Below are positions 39,146 through 51,626 of a stretch of DNA of 64,000 nt, in pieces. The stretch is from Macrostomum lignano (lineage: Eukaryota), in contig NIVC01000438.1 of the NCBI GenBank assembly GCA_002269645.1, forward strand, positions 624,272 through 688,271. Direction: 5' to 3'. Each line of letters opens with the position of its first letter. Within the stretch, counting starts at the first letter, position 1. The notes beneath the pieces were generated by a model. That model saw only the letters and a program-made list of their open reading frames with translations. It was not told the DNA's origin and ran no database searches. The position numbers and the translations under genes are program-made.

Positions 39146-40534
39146 TTTAGCCAATAGCTCGTAAAACTTTTAATGCAATAATTAATATTTAATTTTCACC
39201 ATTTTGTTTAAATTTATAATTTGGTTAAAAAATTGCCATTGCTATATTCAATATTTTGTTTTACTCAATGGACTTAAACAGATGTAAGCGCGCTCAAAAT
39301 TCCAGCTCAATGCCTAAATGAATGACATAATTCATTGCGCTCGTATGAGAATTTTCACGGCAAAGTTACCACACAAATAATCGTCGACCCGTAGGAAAGC
39401 AGATGATTTGATTAAATCGATGTAATTGGTCAGGAAACAGGAATAAATTCAAGAAAATTGGTTGCAGCAGCAAAGTTGTTGGAATTGCAACACGAAGGCG
39501 GAGTAGTGGGTTAAAAGGCATATGCAAAAAAGGCTAGACATAACCCCTCTTCGTTGTTATAAGGTATGTATTGATATAATAGATTAATGTATTAATCGTA
39601 CATTTAAGATCAACAAAGATGTATATCACCTGACTGACTAGCTCCCCTTAGACTTGTAGTCTCGAGAATATTCTGCACTCACTCGAGGGACGATGCTAAA
39701 TCATCAAAATAGCCATAAAATATCCACTCCATAAATCACCTTAGCTCAAGTTGTATCAGATTCACGCCTGACACGCACATTTTAAATGAGAGACAAGCAG
39801 ATAAAATTCGCGCTTAATGTCATGCGCACTTTGTCATGCGTCCCAAAACTTCTGAGCAAGCGATGCAAAATGATTAAGCTGCATGATCAACGAAGTGAAG
39901 TATGAGTTGTTGCAAAACATGGAATACCAGCACTTCTAAAGCAACGCTCAATTGGATTCATAAGAGTTCCGGTTTTTTTAATTTGAGTCCCCGCAATAAA
40001 AATTTAAATTATAGCTCGCCTCATTGCGAGTCAAAAGAAAATTCTTACCTCAGGCAAAACTTGTACTTAACTTAATTGAAACACTCGCATACTTAATTCG
40101 CATGCTTTTAAAATATATATACCATTTAACAATTCTATTAGACTAAAAGTGGATTCTATTTAGTCACTCAGGACAAGTCGAGACAATGAAATGCTGAAAT
40201 ATGCAGCATTCCACGAGCTACTATGTATCAGATTAAACATGCCTTTTGAGGGAATTATTTGTATAAATCACGAAAGCCTGAGGCCCGAGGGATTTATGAA
40301 AATAACTCCCGAAAAAGGCATGTGTAATCTCGTATAAACCATAGACATAAAGACTTTACGGGATATTATTGAATATTACCAAATAAAATCCCGGAGAACG
40401 CAAATATTGTCACGGAAAGTCTTTATTTCTATGGATTATATCAGAGTTTCCTTCCCGCCGACTATAGTCTATGGCCAAGCACAAGCACTGACTAAATCAA
40501 ACTCACTTTTCGGGGGCCCAACCACAAATAACTA

Positions 40535-41295
40535 TATAACAACAACAACAATAACAACAGCAACAACAACAGAATACGCATTTAGCGTCACATGGCGCGC
40601 TTCAAGGCCAGGTCGCGAATGAACGCCACGCCGCCGGCCGAATCCGGGTCGCCGGCGTCAGCCAGCAGGCAGTCGACGAAACGCCGAGTGCGCGCCTGCC
40701 CCCGCCGGTTTTTTATTAGAGGCAGGGGGGTTGTGTGCACCCTGGCGCACTTTAAGCGACATTGGCACACAACCGGCGAGAGGCATTACTGCCCATTCCG
40801 ACGACTCCCATGAGCAGGCATACAAGCGCGCGGATACGTACGCAGGCACACACTCACACAGGAGTGTAAAGCGGCCCTAACTTTATTTTATCGTTAGGCA
40901 TGTACACTTCACTGTGCCTTGGGGGGTTGGCTCTCAAGGCCGTTACTTGCACGAGCAGAGCCAAGCCGAGATTCCAATTCAGTACCAAATTAATGTGACT
41001 GCACTTGGAATTAATGAGCCTGGGTCGCTGGCATTAGCAGCAGCACCTCCTGCACCGGCTCTGGGCAGTACGACTCAGCGCCGATGAGGTGGCCTGCCAG
41101 CTGGAGTCGCCGACGGTGCAACAGGCAACAGCGACCGGCGCGGCGATACAAAGCCGCGTTGGTCGCTCGCTCGTAGCCGGTCTTGAAGCCGAGCAGCAGG
41201 CCAGCGTGCGCCGCGTCAACTTGTTGCTCGAGCGACTCCGTCAGCGTCCAGGTCTCGGCGTTGTACAGCAGGACGGTCTCGATCACCGCCTTTAA
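40535..41295 (-). mobile_element. 5'-truncated RTE-like LINE 3' end with (TTG)n tail, interrupted by an unrelated insert (about 40722-41010)
   Basis: IETVLLYNAETWTLTESLEQQVDAAHAGLL...RRRLQLAGHL, then GQARTRRFVDCLLADAG...LKRAM*, followed by an (AAC)n tract on the + strand at about 40535-40570. Confidence 0.7.
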
Positions 41296-41748
41296 AGTAT
41301 TTGTGGCTCAGCTAGCGATGTACTAAATAAAATTCATTTTTGTCCAATACAAATGTCAAAAGGTATAATAATAAAAGAAGTGAGCTTCTGTGAAATACAA
41401 ATAATTTTGATACACGATAAACTAAAAATCTCTTCTGTTTATTAACCTAAAACTTCACAGCCGCGCCACATTGACGAAAAAAGATGTCGTGAGTTTCTTA
41501 GGAGAAAACGGATATTATTGACATGTTTAAATTGTATCGATTCTGTACAAAACAAATGTATTTGTATTGTTTCCGTTTTAGTTTGTTAAAGTTAAAAGGA
41601 GTTAAGAATATTGGATACAATTGAACAAGCAACGATCAAGTCGCTACAGTGGAAAAGCTGTCAGGTAAACATCGCAAGCCTTTTTGAGTTTGTATTGCCA
41701 TATTAAAGCAGAGACAGATTTCCTTTATCGCTTTGATTGCGAATTGCG

Positions 41749-41951
41749 GATGGCTGAGATGCCAGTGATCAAGGTGGATGGCTGAGATGCCAGTGATCAA
41801 GGTGGAATGCTGAGATGCCAGTGATCAAGTCATGCTGAGATGCCAGTGATCAAGTCATGCTGAGATGCCAGTGATCAAGTCATGCTGAGATGCCAGTGAT
41901 CAAAGTGGAATGCTGAGATGCCAGTGATCAAGGTGGAATGCTGAGATGCCA
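41749..41951. repeat. 25-29-bp minisatellite (GCTGAGATGCCAGTGATCAAG...) about 8 copies
   Basis: Direct reading. Confidence 0.9.
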
Positions 41952-42859
41952 AGGCTCTTGTCGGGAGCGGATATCTCCGACAGTAAATTTGATATCCAAA
42001 ATAGATATTGCCTTTACAGTTTGGTACGAGCTACTAAAAAATGAGTTGTCAATGTACATATTTATATGCTATCGATTTTAGCAAAAACGGCTCAAATTCT
42101 CACTAAAAAATATTCACAATTATTAGCAGTCGATCATGCTTTTAGAGGCTCACTGTAGGAAAGCTAAAAGGGCATAGATGTTCTTAAGCTAAAACTGTCT
42201 GTCTAATAACATGCATCTCAGCGCATGTGATTTGAATTCTGACCTCCTCAGATATCTGGGCTTATAGAAGCAGTAAATGCTAAAAGAGGCCATGATCGAG
42301 ACTCTTGATGTCTGGATGTTGTGCCGGAAATTTCTGCTCTTGTCTGTGTTTCTCCCTCCCTTTCTCTTCCCTCAAGGGACTCGAAAACGAATAAAAGAGA
42401 GACGATATGCACCGTCTTGCATGCACGATTCTATCTCACTGGAACATTTGAATAGTTGACTAAACATTGCCCCCGAAAGGTTCACTCCCTATCTAAACTT
42501 GCTTTATCTTCGTTGTAGAGGCTGAATGTTGTGCAGGGATCTTACGAGTAGATTGTCTCATAGCATAAAAATGCATAAAATTGCATAAAAAGTTTATGAA
42601 CCGTGCTGTATCCCGGGTGCTCTCTACTCTTGCGCCGTCGTCGGTTTCTGGCGCAGATTTTTGGCGCTCCCAGCTAGGACCATTCGCCTCCAGTTGATGT
42701 TGGGTAGCTTGCGGTATGACAAAGTGGTCAAGATCCCATGTGCTGAACTAGCGGCCCCAGGGTGTTTGAGGTGCGGCCACCACCAGTACACCCGGGAGCA
42801 CTGCTAATGAGACGAGACTCCCCGTTCTGCAGGTAAAAATCCGGGGCGACTCTTATCCT

Positions 42860-43045
42860 AACCATGACATCAGTTTTTACTCTGACAGCAAAGCCACTAC
42901 GAGCTATTAAGGCTATCAAGCTATCAACCAAGTTATTCACAGACTGTTTCACTAGCGACCTTCAATAGGATCAACGTGATCTGGACGCCAGGCCATAGCG
43001 ACATCTTTGGCAACGAGTTGGTGAATCAATAGCAACTGCAATCGG
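42860..43045 (+). mobile_element. Decayed retroelement RNase H remnant
   Basis: ISFYSDSKA and [20 protein letters not shown] resemble the RNase H motifs xSDSxA and WxPGHxxIxGNExAD; contains stops. Confidence 0.6.
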
Positions 43046-43134
43046 ATCCGGGAACCTGCGCGTATTTTTTCGGGAACTCCGGCTGGATGAAGATCGCAGA
43101 CGCCACTCTCATGAGCTCTTCTGCTGCTGAAGAA

Positions 43135-43336
43135 GGGTGGGCTGGAGAGGGATGGGCTGGAGAGGGATGGGCTGGAGAGGGGTGGGCTGGAGAGGGATGG
43201 GCTGGAGAGGGATGGGCTGGAGAGGGATGGGCTAGAGAGGGATGGGCTAGAGAGGGATGGGCTAGAGAGGGATGGGCTAGAGAGGGATGGGCTAGAGAGG
43301 GATGGGCTGGAGAGGGATGGGCTGGAGAGGAATGGG
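43135..43336. repeat. 15-bp purine-rich minisatellite (GGGCTRGAGAGGGAT)n, about 13 copies
   Basis: Direct reading. Confidence 0.95.
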
Positions 43337-46016
43337 CACAGCCTTAAGGTAAAAGACTGGCGTGTTTTTAGCCTGGAGCTGCGATTGGGGCCTCGCGGCA
43401 TGATCGCGGCGTCCCGCCCCATGCAGTAGTGAGTAAGTCTATACAATCATGTCCACCAATACGAGTATAAGAAGCAACCTTCCACTACTAGAGGTCTTGA
43501 ATGCAGTAAACACAGTCCCAGCTCTTTATCCACACAGCAGTCTGGTAATTCATTTCAAGATACGACTCTTCCTTTACTGTCGTTCACCTGTCAGCTTAGT
43601 CGATGATCCAAACCCATAATCCGTAGAAACAAAACAGAAGGAAAAATTGATCTAAAAAAGCCATTTCCCAGCCTCATTGATGATGCACTAATCAGAAGCC
43701 TCGCTAATTGAAAATCTGACAATGCGTGAGCTTTCAGTAATCAAAAATAATTTTCCCTGATGGTATACTTTCAGTTCAGTTAGCGATTAATTATTCTTTT
43801 AAAACCCTCTTCCGCATGCGATTACAGAATTGATTGATTGCTTTTTTGGGCTCCGTCTGCAGACTTCATTATTCGGCTATTCGTCAAGGCTAGATTAGCA
43901 ATCCATTTTACGAGTATTACATTATGCTTTACTACCTAGATTAGCAATCGATTCCAGTAACCATCGGATGCGTAGCTGCGTTTAAAACTTCTTCGAAGTT
44001 TATCATTTTGTAGTTCTCTTATTTATTTATTTAAAAAGTCCAAAACTAATCGCTGGACTTTATACTTGGTGAATTAATTTGACGTCTAATTTACCTTCGT
44101 AGCGTACATGTCAGCCGCGTCTTTTTGCAGAATTTATAGACATAAAATCTATTCAATCACAGTTGATTTGCCCGCCGTAATTTACAGCATCAGGGGGTTT
44201 TATCAGCCTTCAACGGATTAAGCATAATACTAACATTAATAGACTCTGGCTTGCGTCCATAGTGGGCCCCAGACCCCCGTGTGGATGTGGAACGATTAAC
44301 AGATTCTGCAGACAATAATCAATCATCCATCTGCGACTATCCAAGTCCGCCTCCCCTCGGGATTAAATATCTAAAACCCTGCGGGAGAGAACGTGAGAGA
44401 GAATGAGAAGTCGCTCCCGGTGTCTCTCCTCACTCTGGCAGTCGCTCGTGGGGAGGGATTTTCTTAGCCCCGAATTCGGAGGCTTGCGCCCGTCTCGCTG
44501 CACTTTTTTTCAGCAAGTAGATCCGGGAAGAAAAAAAATTCCAGGCTTGGTTGGTTGAGCCCATAGCAAACTTGCCGGAAGTGCCGCTGTCAGGTCGGAG
44601 AAATCGGCCAAACTGGGGGAGAGCAGCTTGGCTCGCGGAGCGATGGTGGTAACTGCTGCTTGAAATACTCACAGTAATTGAATTTGGCGAGCAAAAAATG
44701 CAGAGATGAAGCGTGCCTCAGAAAGTATTTTTATTTAGTAATAGACCCTCCCATGCTTTTTGTCGAGAACAAGTCGAAACTAAATGTTTGATATATTCGT
44801 TTCAACACTCCTATTGAATGGCTCTTAATAGCAGCTTATGAGGCTCACAATGAGTAAGTAGCAAAATGAATTTCAGTAGACACCGGTCCTATTTACATCG
44901 CTGTTTGCTCAGAATTCTAATAAAATAAACTCGAAAAATTCATTGGAACACACGCGGAGAGGCCGCCCTCGCCCCCGTAGCATACGAGCACTGCTGACTT
45001 ATTTGAACGATTACCAAGCAATTTTCTACAGCGAACTCTCTCCCAGGGGAACTTTGGGACGAAATTCGGCGGTTTTGGCGACATTGGCAAAAAGCCTTCG
45101 TTTTTTTCAAGTAAAATGAGACTGACATTTCCTGGCCTGGAAGGGCTAAAAAGAGTGATCGACTGAAGCAGTAGAACATTTGCTTTATCAGTTATTTCTG
45201 GTCGCGCGTTGATATTTCACTTTGGCAGCAGTGAAAGCAAAAGGCAAAAAGGCAAGTATTGTGTAATTCATTATGAAAGGGTAATTGCACAGGTTTTTGG
45301 TCATGCACATTTTATATTTGGTATTGTGTCGGTGCTTTGGCTAAATATCGAGGAATGATGTGTCCATTTATAAAGAAAGTGCACGAGGCCTGGGAAAACT
45401 TTCTATAAAACGCTTTAAAGTATCCACATGAATGAGCTTTTCTCACTTGGACCCGGCCATGGACGGTCCATAGACGTAAACAAAGAAATAGACGAAAATG
45501 GACAACCAAGCATATGATTCAAATTTTTACTGCATAGAAGTACGAGTACATGTTTTTAAGCATACTTTCTAATCTATAGATTTCCGCTTCCTTCTTCAGA
45601 TTAATGTCTATGGCCGAATTTTCAACTTGGTTGCCTTTATCCGTCTATGTCTATGGGCAAGACCAAATCTAGTGCTGCCAAATGGTAGTTCTCAACTTTG
45701 TTGGCTTAACTATCAACTTGGCTGACAAAAGCGATAGTGCATCAGTCTTCTTGCAGTTTTAGGCAAAATGAAAATCACATGCTTGCAACTTATTTTGATA
45801 CTCTACAGGCATGTTTAAAATATTGCAATAAAACAGAGCTGCGATTAATAAAAGCGTTAATTTGATAAGCAGTGATAATATACAAGTAGTCACTGTCCAA
45901 TTCTAAGAATTTTAACAGCATGAAAATAGTCCAGCCACAACTATATGACAATGTTTTCAAGTCTTATTCGTTTCCTACGAAGGTCCAAGAAAAAAATATG
46001 ATCAGTGCGTATATAC

Positions 46017-46053
<37 letters not shown>

Positions 46054-46616
46054 CACATTGTGTTTCTCACTAGCCATAAAATGAATCAAGTTCACCCTAC
46101 TTGATTACCAGTACTGTACGCCAGACAACATACAGAAACAAAGTGAGCATTTGAAATCTAAGATTTAGTACTGCTATTATTACACCGATCGAACACCGCA
46201 AGTCTCATGAAAATCGGTTAAGCCATTCTTGAGAAAATCGATTGCGCACAAGCAAGATTTTCATTTTTAGTATATAGGATTTTGTTAAAACAAATGTGCA
46301 AATTCGAAATTTTCAATTCCGTTGCATGTTCTGCATTTCGCGATATTTCTGAAGCCTGTTTGATTCGCATTACACATTCAAAAATATATTAGAAGGGCGC
46401 AGAGTGTACATTTCGCTGAGAACCGTTTTCTTCGCGGCAAAATGTATCGGCGAGATCGGCGAAAATCGGCGAAAGCATCGGACTTCCAATCTACGAGACT
46501 CCAGCAATTTTTGCAGGGTTTGCAAGTGTTTCTGCTTCAGCTGTCTGTGGCATCTACATCGCGCCTAAAATGCGTGTTAAAAGCTCTAGCAAAACATGCG
46601 CTCACATCTACGTTAG

Positions 46617-47993
46617 TCAAACCTGCGCTTCAGTTTCTTTATCGCTATCAACTTCATCCACTCTGTTCTCCAGCTTTGATTGACTGGCCCGCTGTTCGTC
46701 AGCCTCCTCGTTGTCACGCTGGCTGTGATAGCTGCTCAGCAGGGGGATCTCGTTACCAGCCACGGATATGCGCGATCGTGACGATGGCCGTCTCTTGATG
46801 CCCAGGCCGCCATTGATGAGCACGTCAATTTGCAGCTGCTCAGACTGCTGCTGTTGCTCCTGCTGCTGTTCGTCATCACGAACTGGCGTCCGTCCATTTC
46901 GATGGCTGGGATGTTCATTCGCCTCTTTCAGTCGCTGTCTGATTGTTGCCGCTATTTGCTGATTCTGCTGCTGAATCCGAGTCGTATTGTTGCCTGCCCG
47001 TTGTCTGCAGCGACAGAACAGCGACAGGTAGAAGTTACACACCGGATCGCACGAACGAATGTACAGAAACGGATTGACGACGCTGTTGCACAGCAGGAGC
47101 CACCAGCACAGCTGGAAAATGTGAAATAGCGGCTGCGTTGGCGAGAACAGAGCCTTGTCAACCAGCGTACGGATGACTACCATCAGCATGCACGGCAACC
47201 ACATGGTCGTGTAGATCGAGTCGAAGACAATCAGCCACCGGCCCGCTCGTCGGCTCGCCTTGCCAGCCAAACGAAGCATTCGGTCTTGGCCAGCAAACTG
47301 GGCGATGCCTCCCTGCAGAGTGTAAAACAGCTGCTTTCGTTGGCGCATTCTGGTGTACACTAGGCAGCTGCTGATGACCGTGGCAGAGAACGGCAGAAAG
47401 AACTGGATTAGCACCCCGCACAGCTGCAAGGCCAGGCTCTCTTCATACTGCACCGAGCATCCGTGATCTTCACAGCTTTCCGTGGAATTTCCGCCAACTT
47501 CGGGCCAGAGAAGAATTAGCGGCGTGTGAAAGTTGGCCAGCACAAAGCAGCAGGCTAAAATACCCGATATTTTACGGCGGGTCTGCATCTTCTGGTAGCG
47601 CAGGGGTTCCATCACTAGCACGGAGCGATCGTAGCTCAGAATGGCTACGCAGTACGATGACATGCTGCACAGGATGTAGTCTGCTATTAGGTAGGGCTTG
47701 CACAAGGCTCGAGACACTGGCCATTTGAAGTTGTTTAGCGTAAAAACTCCGTACAGGGGCACGTCCACCAGACATACTAACATGTCAATCGCAGCCATAA
47801 TGGTAATGATAAAGAAGTAAGGATTGGTAGCTCGGCCAAATTTGACTAGGCCGAAAATCACAGCCGTATTACCAAGAAGTCCGAGCGACACCATGAGAGT
47901 CATGGCTACACCCGAGATGGTCACGACAACTCTCGATGACAATATTGGCGAGCCTTCATCGATGCAGCTCAAATTTGCGTCAACGCTTTGCAT
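46617..47993 (-). CDS. Intronless class A GPCR, aminergic-like (histamine H3/H4- or muscarinic-like), 458 aa
   Basis: Seven hydrophobic segments: GN in TM1, AAxD in TM2, C3.25 and D3.32, SYDRS (DRY variant), FFLP, MWLP, WLLLCNSVVNPFLY (NPxxY). Confidence 0.92.
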   Translation of the reverse strand: MQSVDANLSCIDEGSPILSSRVVVTISGVAMTLMVSLGLLGNTAVIFGLVKFGRATNPYFFIITIMAAIDMLVCLVDVPLYGVFTLNNFKWPVSRALCKPYLIADYILCSMSSYCVAILSYDRSVLVMEPLRYQKMQTRRKISGILACCFVLANFHTPLILLWPEVGGNSTESCEDHGCSVQYEESLALQLCGVLIQFFLPFSATVISSCLVYTRMRQRKQLFYTLQGGIAQFAGQDRMLRLAGKASRRAGRWLIVFDSIYTTMWLPCMLMVVIRTLVDKALFSPTQPLFHIFQLCWWLLLCNSVVNPFLYIRSCDPVCNFYLSLFCRCRQRAGNNTTRIQQQNQQIAATIRQRLKEANEHPSHRNGRTPVRDDEQQQEQQQQSEQLQIDVLINGGLGIKRRPSSRSRISVAGNEIPLLSSYHSQRDNEEADEQRASQSKLENRVDEVDSDKETEAQV

Positions 47994-50900
47994 CTCGCTT
48001 TGATTTTACGACTTGACTGCTTTATGGGTGTTCAAAGTGATTAGGAAAAATTAACTCGCATGTGCATATATGATATGCTCTGACAGATATAGTCGGTTTT
48101 ACAGTGCGGGAGGAAGCAGTGGGAGGAGTCTGTTAGAAACCAATTGGCTGACTTTGACGACCAATAAGGAGACGGATGGAATTCAGTCTATATAGGCTTT
48201 TCTTTGGGTTGGCAGGGCTGGCAATAGTTGATTAAAGGCTGAAAATAACTTACAGTGGTAACGTATGACTGAAATTATGAATCATTTCGGCATGAGCTAT
48301 GAAATGAGATAGTGAGGTACATTGGCTGTAGTAGTTTAGGGCCACGACTAGACTAATCAAAGAACCGCCAATCACGACTCACGAAATCTTGCCCTGGAGA
48401 TTTCATGTGGCAAGTAAAGAAAGGAGAAGCCTTAGATCTCAATAGTTAGGAAGTTAGATGAGAGTTTTTATAGTCAGTTTATTTGAGGTAGAAGTATGGA
48501 TAAAAATGTTAGCATGCTCAAGCTGCTTACACAATCCCATGCCTATTTGGGAAAAATATCGCGAAGGGCGAGATGAATAATACTGCTGGGATCCGCCCAG
48601 GCCCGCCCAACCAGGCACCGATTGGAGCCCTCAGAGCTTCATCCGGCCCCTAAAAAAAGATTCAACGTGCTCAGTCTCTTTCTCTCTCCTCTTCCTGAGA
48701 ACTTCATCGCTAACGCGATTTCCGGACGTCTTCCGGGCCCGCCATCGGCTGAAGTGTCGCCTGCTGGTACAGATAAAGTAGCGAAGAATCGGAGAGACGC
48801 TGAGTCTTCCTCTCCATAGAAGACTTCAACTGGAGCAGCAATTGCTTCCGGGACTGGGTACTGCTCCGCTAAGCTGGATTCTAATTGTCAAGAGTCCCAG
48901 CGATTCTCAGAGATTCTCTCTGCCGTTAGTCCTACTTCCTTGGCAAAGGCGACACGCTTTGCTGGTTTACTGTTTCGCAGCAGGCAGAATTTTCTATGCC
49001 CAGAAAATTTTCAGCGCGCATGGACGAGCGAGCATTGTGTCGGTCTAAATCTGCTCAGCAGCTGAGCAGCAGGAACCAAACAGTGTTCCGGCACGCGAGT
49101 ACATCGGCATTGGCAAGGCTGGATGCCGTTGTGTTTCTAAATTAAGCTGAAAAAATCGTTTAAATTCGTGTGCAGACCTGGTCCTTCGTTAGGAGCTTTA
49201 GAAGTGTTCTACAATTAATATCTCACTACGATTCATGTGTGGTAATAAATAGCAATATGCTCCTAAAACTAACTTGACAGAACAAAAAGATCCCAAAAAC
49301 TATGGGATATGCATGCAACCTTGCTTTTAGCACCATCATCTTATATTAGCATCCCCATGCTTTTCAATTTCGAACACAAAATCAACCGTCTTTCGCACGC
49401 GTCGACACCCACCAGAGTTGTGTCCTAGCCGTCGGGAGCCATCAAATACGTCTCTTGAGCGTCCAAAGCCACCAGAGCCGCTTCACCTGCATCTGGGGTC
49501 ACTTGAACCGGTATCGGTTTGTCGTTATTCCGACTGTATTTTGTCTCATTTACTATTTTTTCCAGGTAGATCGTTACAGCCAGTGTGAGAATTCTTTAAG
49601 AAAGTGTTTTGGCCCAACTTTCTACAAATGCACTACGAGGAAAGACTGCTGCACAAGGAATCGGAGTTCCACCACGCTTTCAACAATGTCGCCCTGAATA
49701 TGTCTAAGATGCGAATATAAGCGGTGATTTTTATGGTCTCGCAAGCAAATATGATTCCATGGCATAGCGCTGAATTCATGGCCATAGACAAAAGAGATCG
49801 ACAAGTTTCGTTTAGACAATTTTTTGAAATAATCCGCGCTAAACAAATATAATTGTTCGATAAGTCCATGGTTCGAAGCTGCACCCCGCCGCACGACTAA
49901 GAGTCCTTAGCCGACTTCACGGCCAAAGCTATGCATTTAGGAGCAGTTTATCTTTTTAAGAGGTTCTGAACTAACGAGAATATATTTATGTGAAAACACG
50001 AATGGTTAGCAACAAAAATTTTTTTTTCAATTTATGCGATTTTGACCCCTCAGTTGGCCATTTAAAACATCATGCGCCTCTGAGTGGTGAATTCCGAATG
50101 TTTTTATCTGTCGACCTACTGTCTGCAGCATATACATGTATCCCATGCAAAACAATAATGTTACCCTATTTTTTATTAATCCATCAGTAGCAGCAAATTT
50201 GTTGTTTTGGTGCGCTAGAGTACGGATCCAAATGGGACGACAGAAAGGAAAAAGCATGTCTCGTCTTCAAAGCGGCCCGATAGACAAAGCTTGTCCAAAG
50301 CTTGTAGCTGTGAAAGTTTTTTAAAGGGTAAAGTGCAGCCACCCGATTGCATAGCCGAAGCATACGTTTGTTACATCCACAGCCTCGAGATGCATGCCCT
50401 ATTGTTTGATTGCCATGCAAAAATCGCTTGTTTCATCTTTCGGAAGTGTTACTTTGCTTTCCTAAGCATGCGACGCTCCTCCACAGTGCAGTGCAGAGGA
50501 TTAGCCTAACTTAAACTATTGCATGTGCCTATAGCCAATGTATTTAGTACTAGACTAGCTCAGTTTGAGAAGCTATAAAAATCACTGATACGTGTCAATT
50601 TGTGCACTAAACGTTTTTGACAATATTTTGCATGGTAGAAGTGCTGCGATCTTTAAGATGAATTGAATTGGGCATTGTTACCTAGTTGTACAAGCTCCTA
50701 GATGTACCTGATTGACCGTTCTTCATTGATTTCTAACATTTCCAGTTATTCTTCATCACTAAAAATAGATTGTCGCGCACGAATTTGAGTTTAGCGAACA
50801 ACTGTCGGGACTGCAGCGCTTTTCCTCTGTATTCATGACTAGTAAAGACTTTTATTGTCGAGTGCAGACTTAAAATAAAAAGTTAGTGTACTTTGACATA

Positions 50901-51626
50901 TTGAGTTACATTTACAATGATCTGCGCTTGAGAGAGTAGTGTAGAGAAGATGCATACTGCTTTCTAAACGGTGGGCGCTTAGTCAGTCCTGAGTTCATAA
51001 AATGGTCGTTAAAATGCTTAGTGCTGTCTGTTGGATGTCATGAGAACAAAAATCTGTACCCATCTCTGCAGTGTTTGGGGGATCCTAGCTCAGGTGCATT
51101 CTCATTTCACCTGTATAACAATCGAGACTTTGTCTCTGTCTAGAGACAATACAAAAGGTTTTAAAAGCTTGCTAGTTGCATGCATACTAACTGCTAACTT
51201 CCCTAATTATTCTTTATGACAGCGGAGTTCCCATGCGCACTTTGACGACCTTCGTTCTTGTTTAAGCTATTATCCATTCATCGAAAAGGAAAGTATTTTA
51301 TTGTTGCTATGCAAAAAGCAGAATTCTATAAATAAATAGCATCTAAAATTTGAATGGGCGAAGGAACGCAGAGAGAATTCTAGACAAAACACGACTTCGT
51401 TATGGCTTTCGTCATGAATATAAAATTATTTGTTTTCAGTTGCTATATATATATAATTATTGTAAAATTGTCAATAAATAACAACCAACTATAAGTAAAA
51501 ATGAAGTTCACCCCATAAACTAAGATGCAGCTAAAAGTTAGGTAGTTAGTTCTTGAATCAGTTCAAACCCTTGGTTAGTAGAATAGCTTCCTCGGCGTAC
51601 CCTCTGCATGCTGATCTACAATAAAA

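Noticed and set aside
46000-46285. Helitron/HINE-like non-autonomous element
   Set aside because: Only generic motifs (an ATAC microsatellite, CATGAAAATCGG); the boundaries could not be defined from a single copy.
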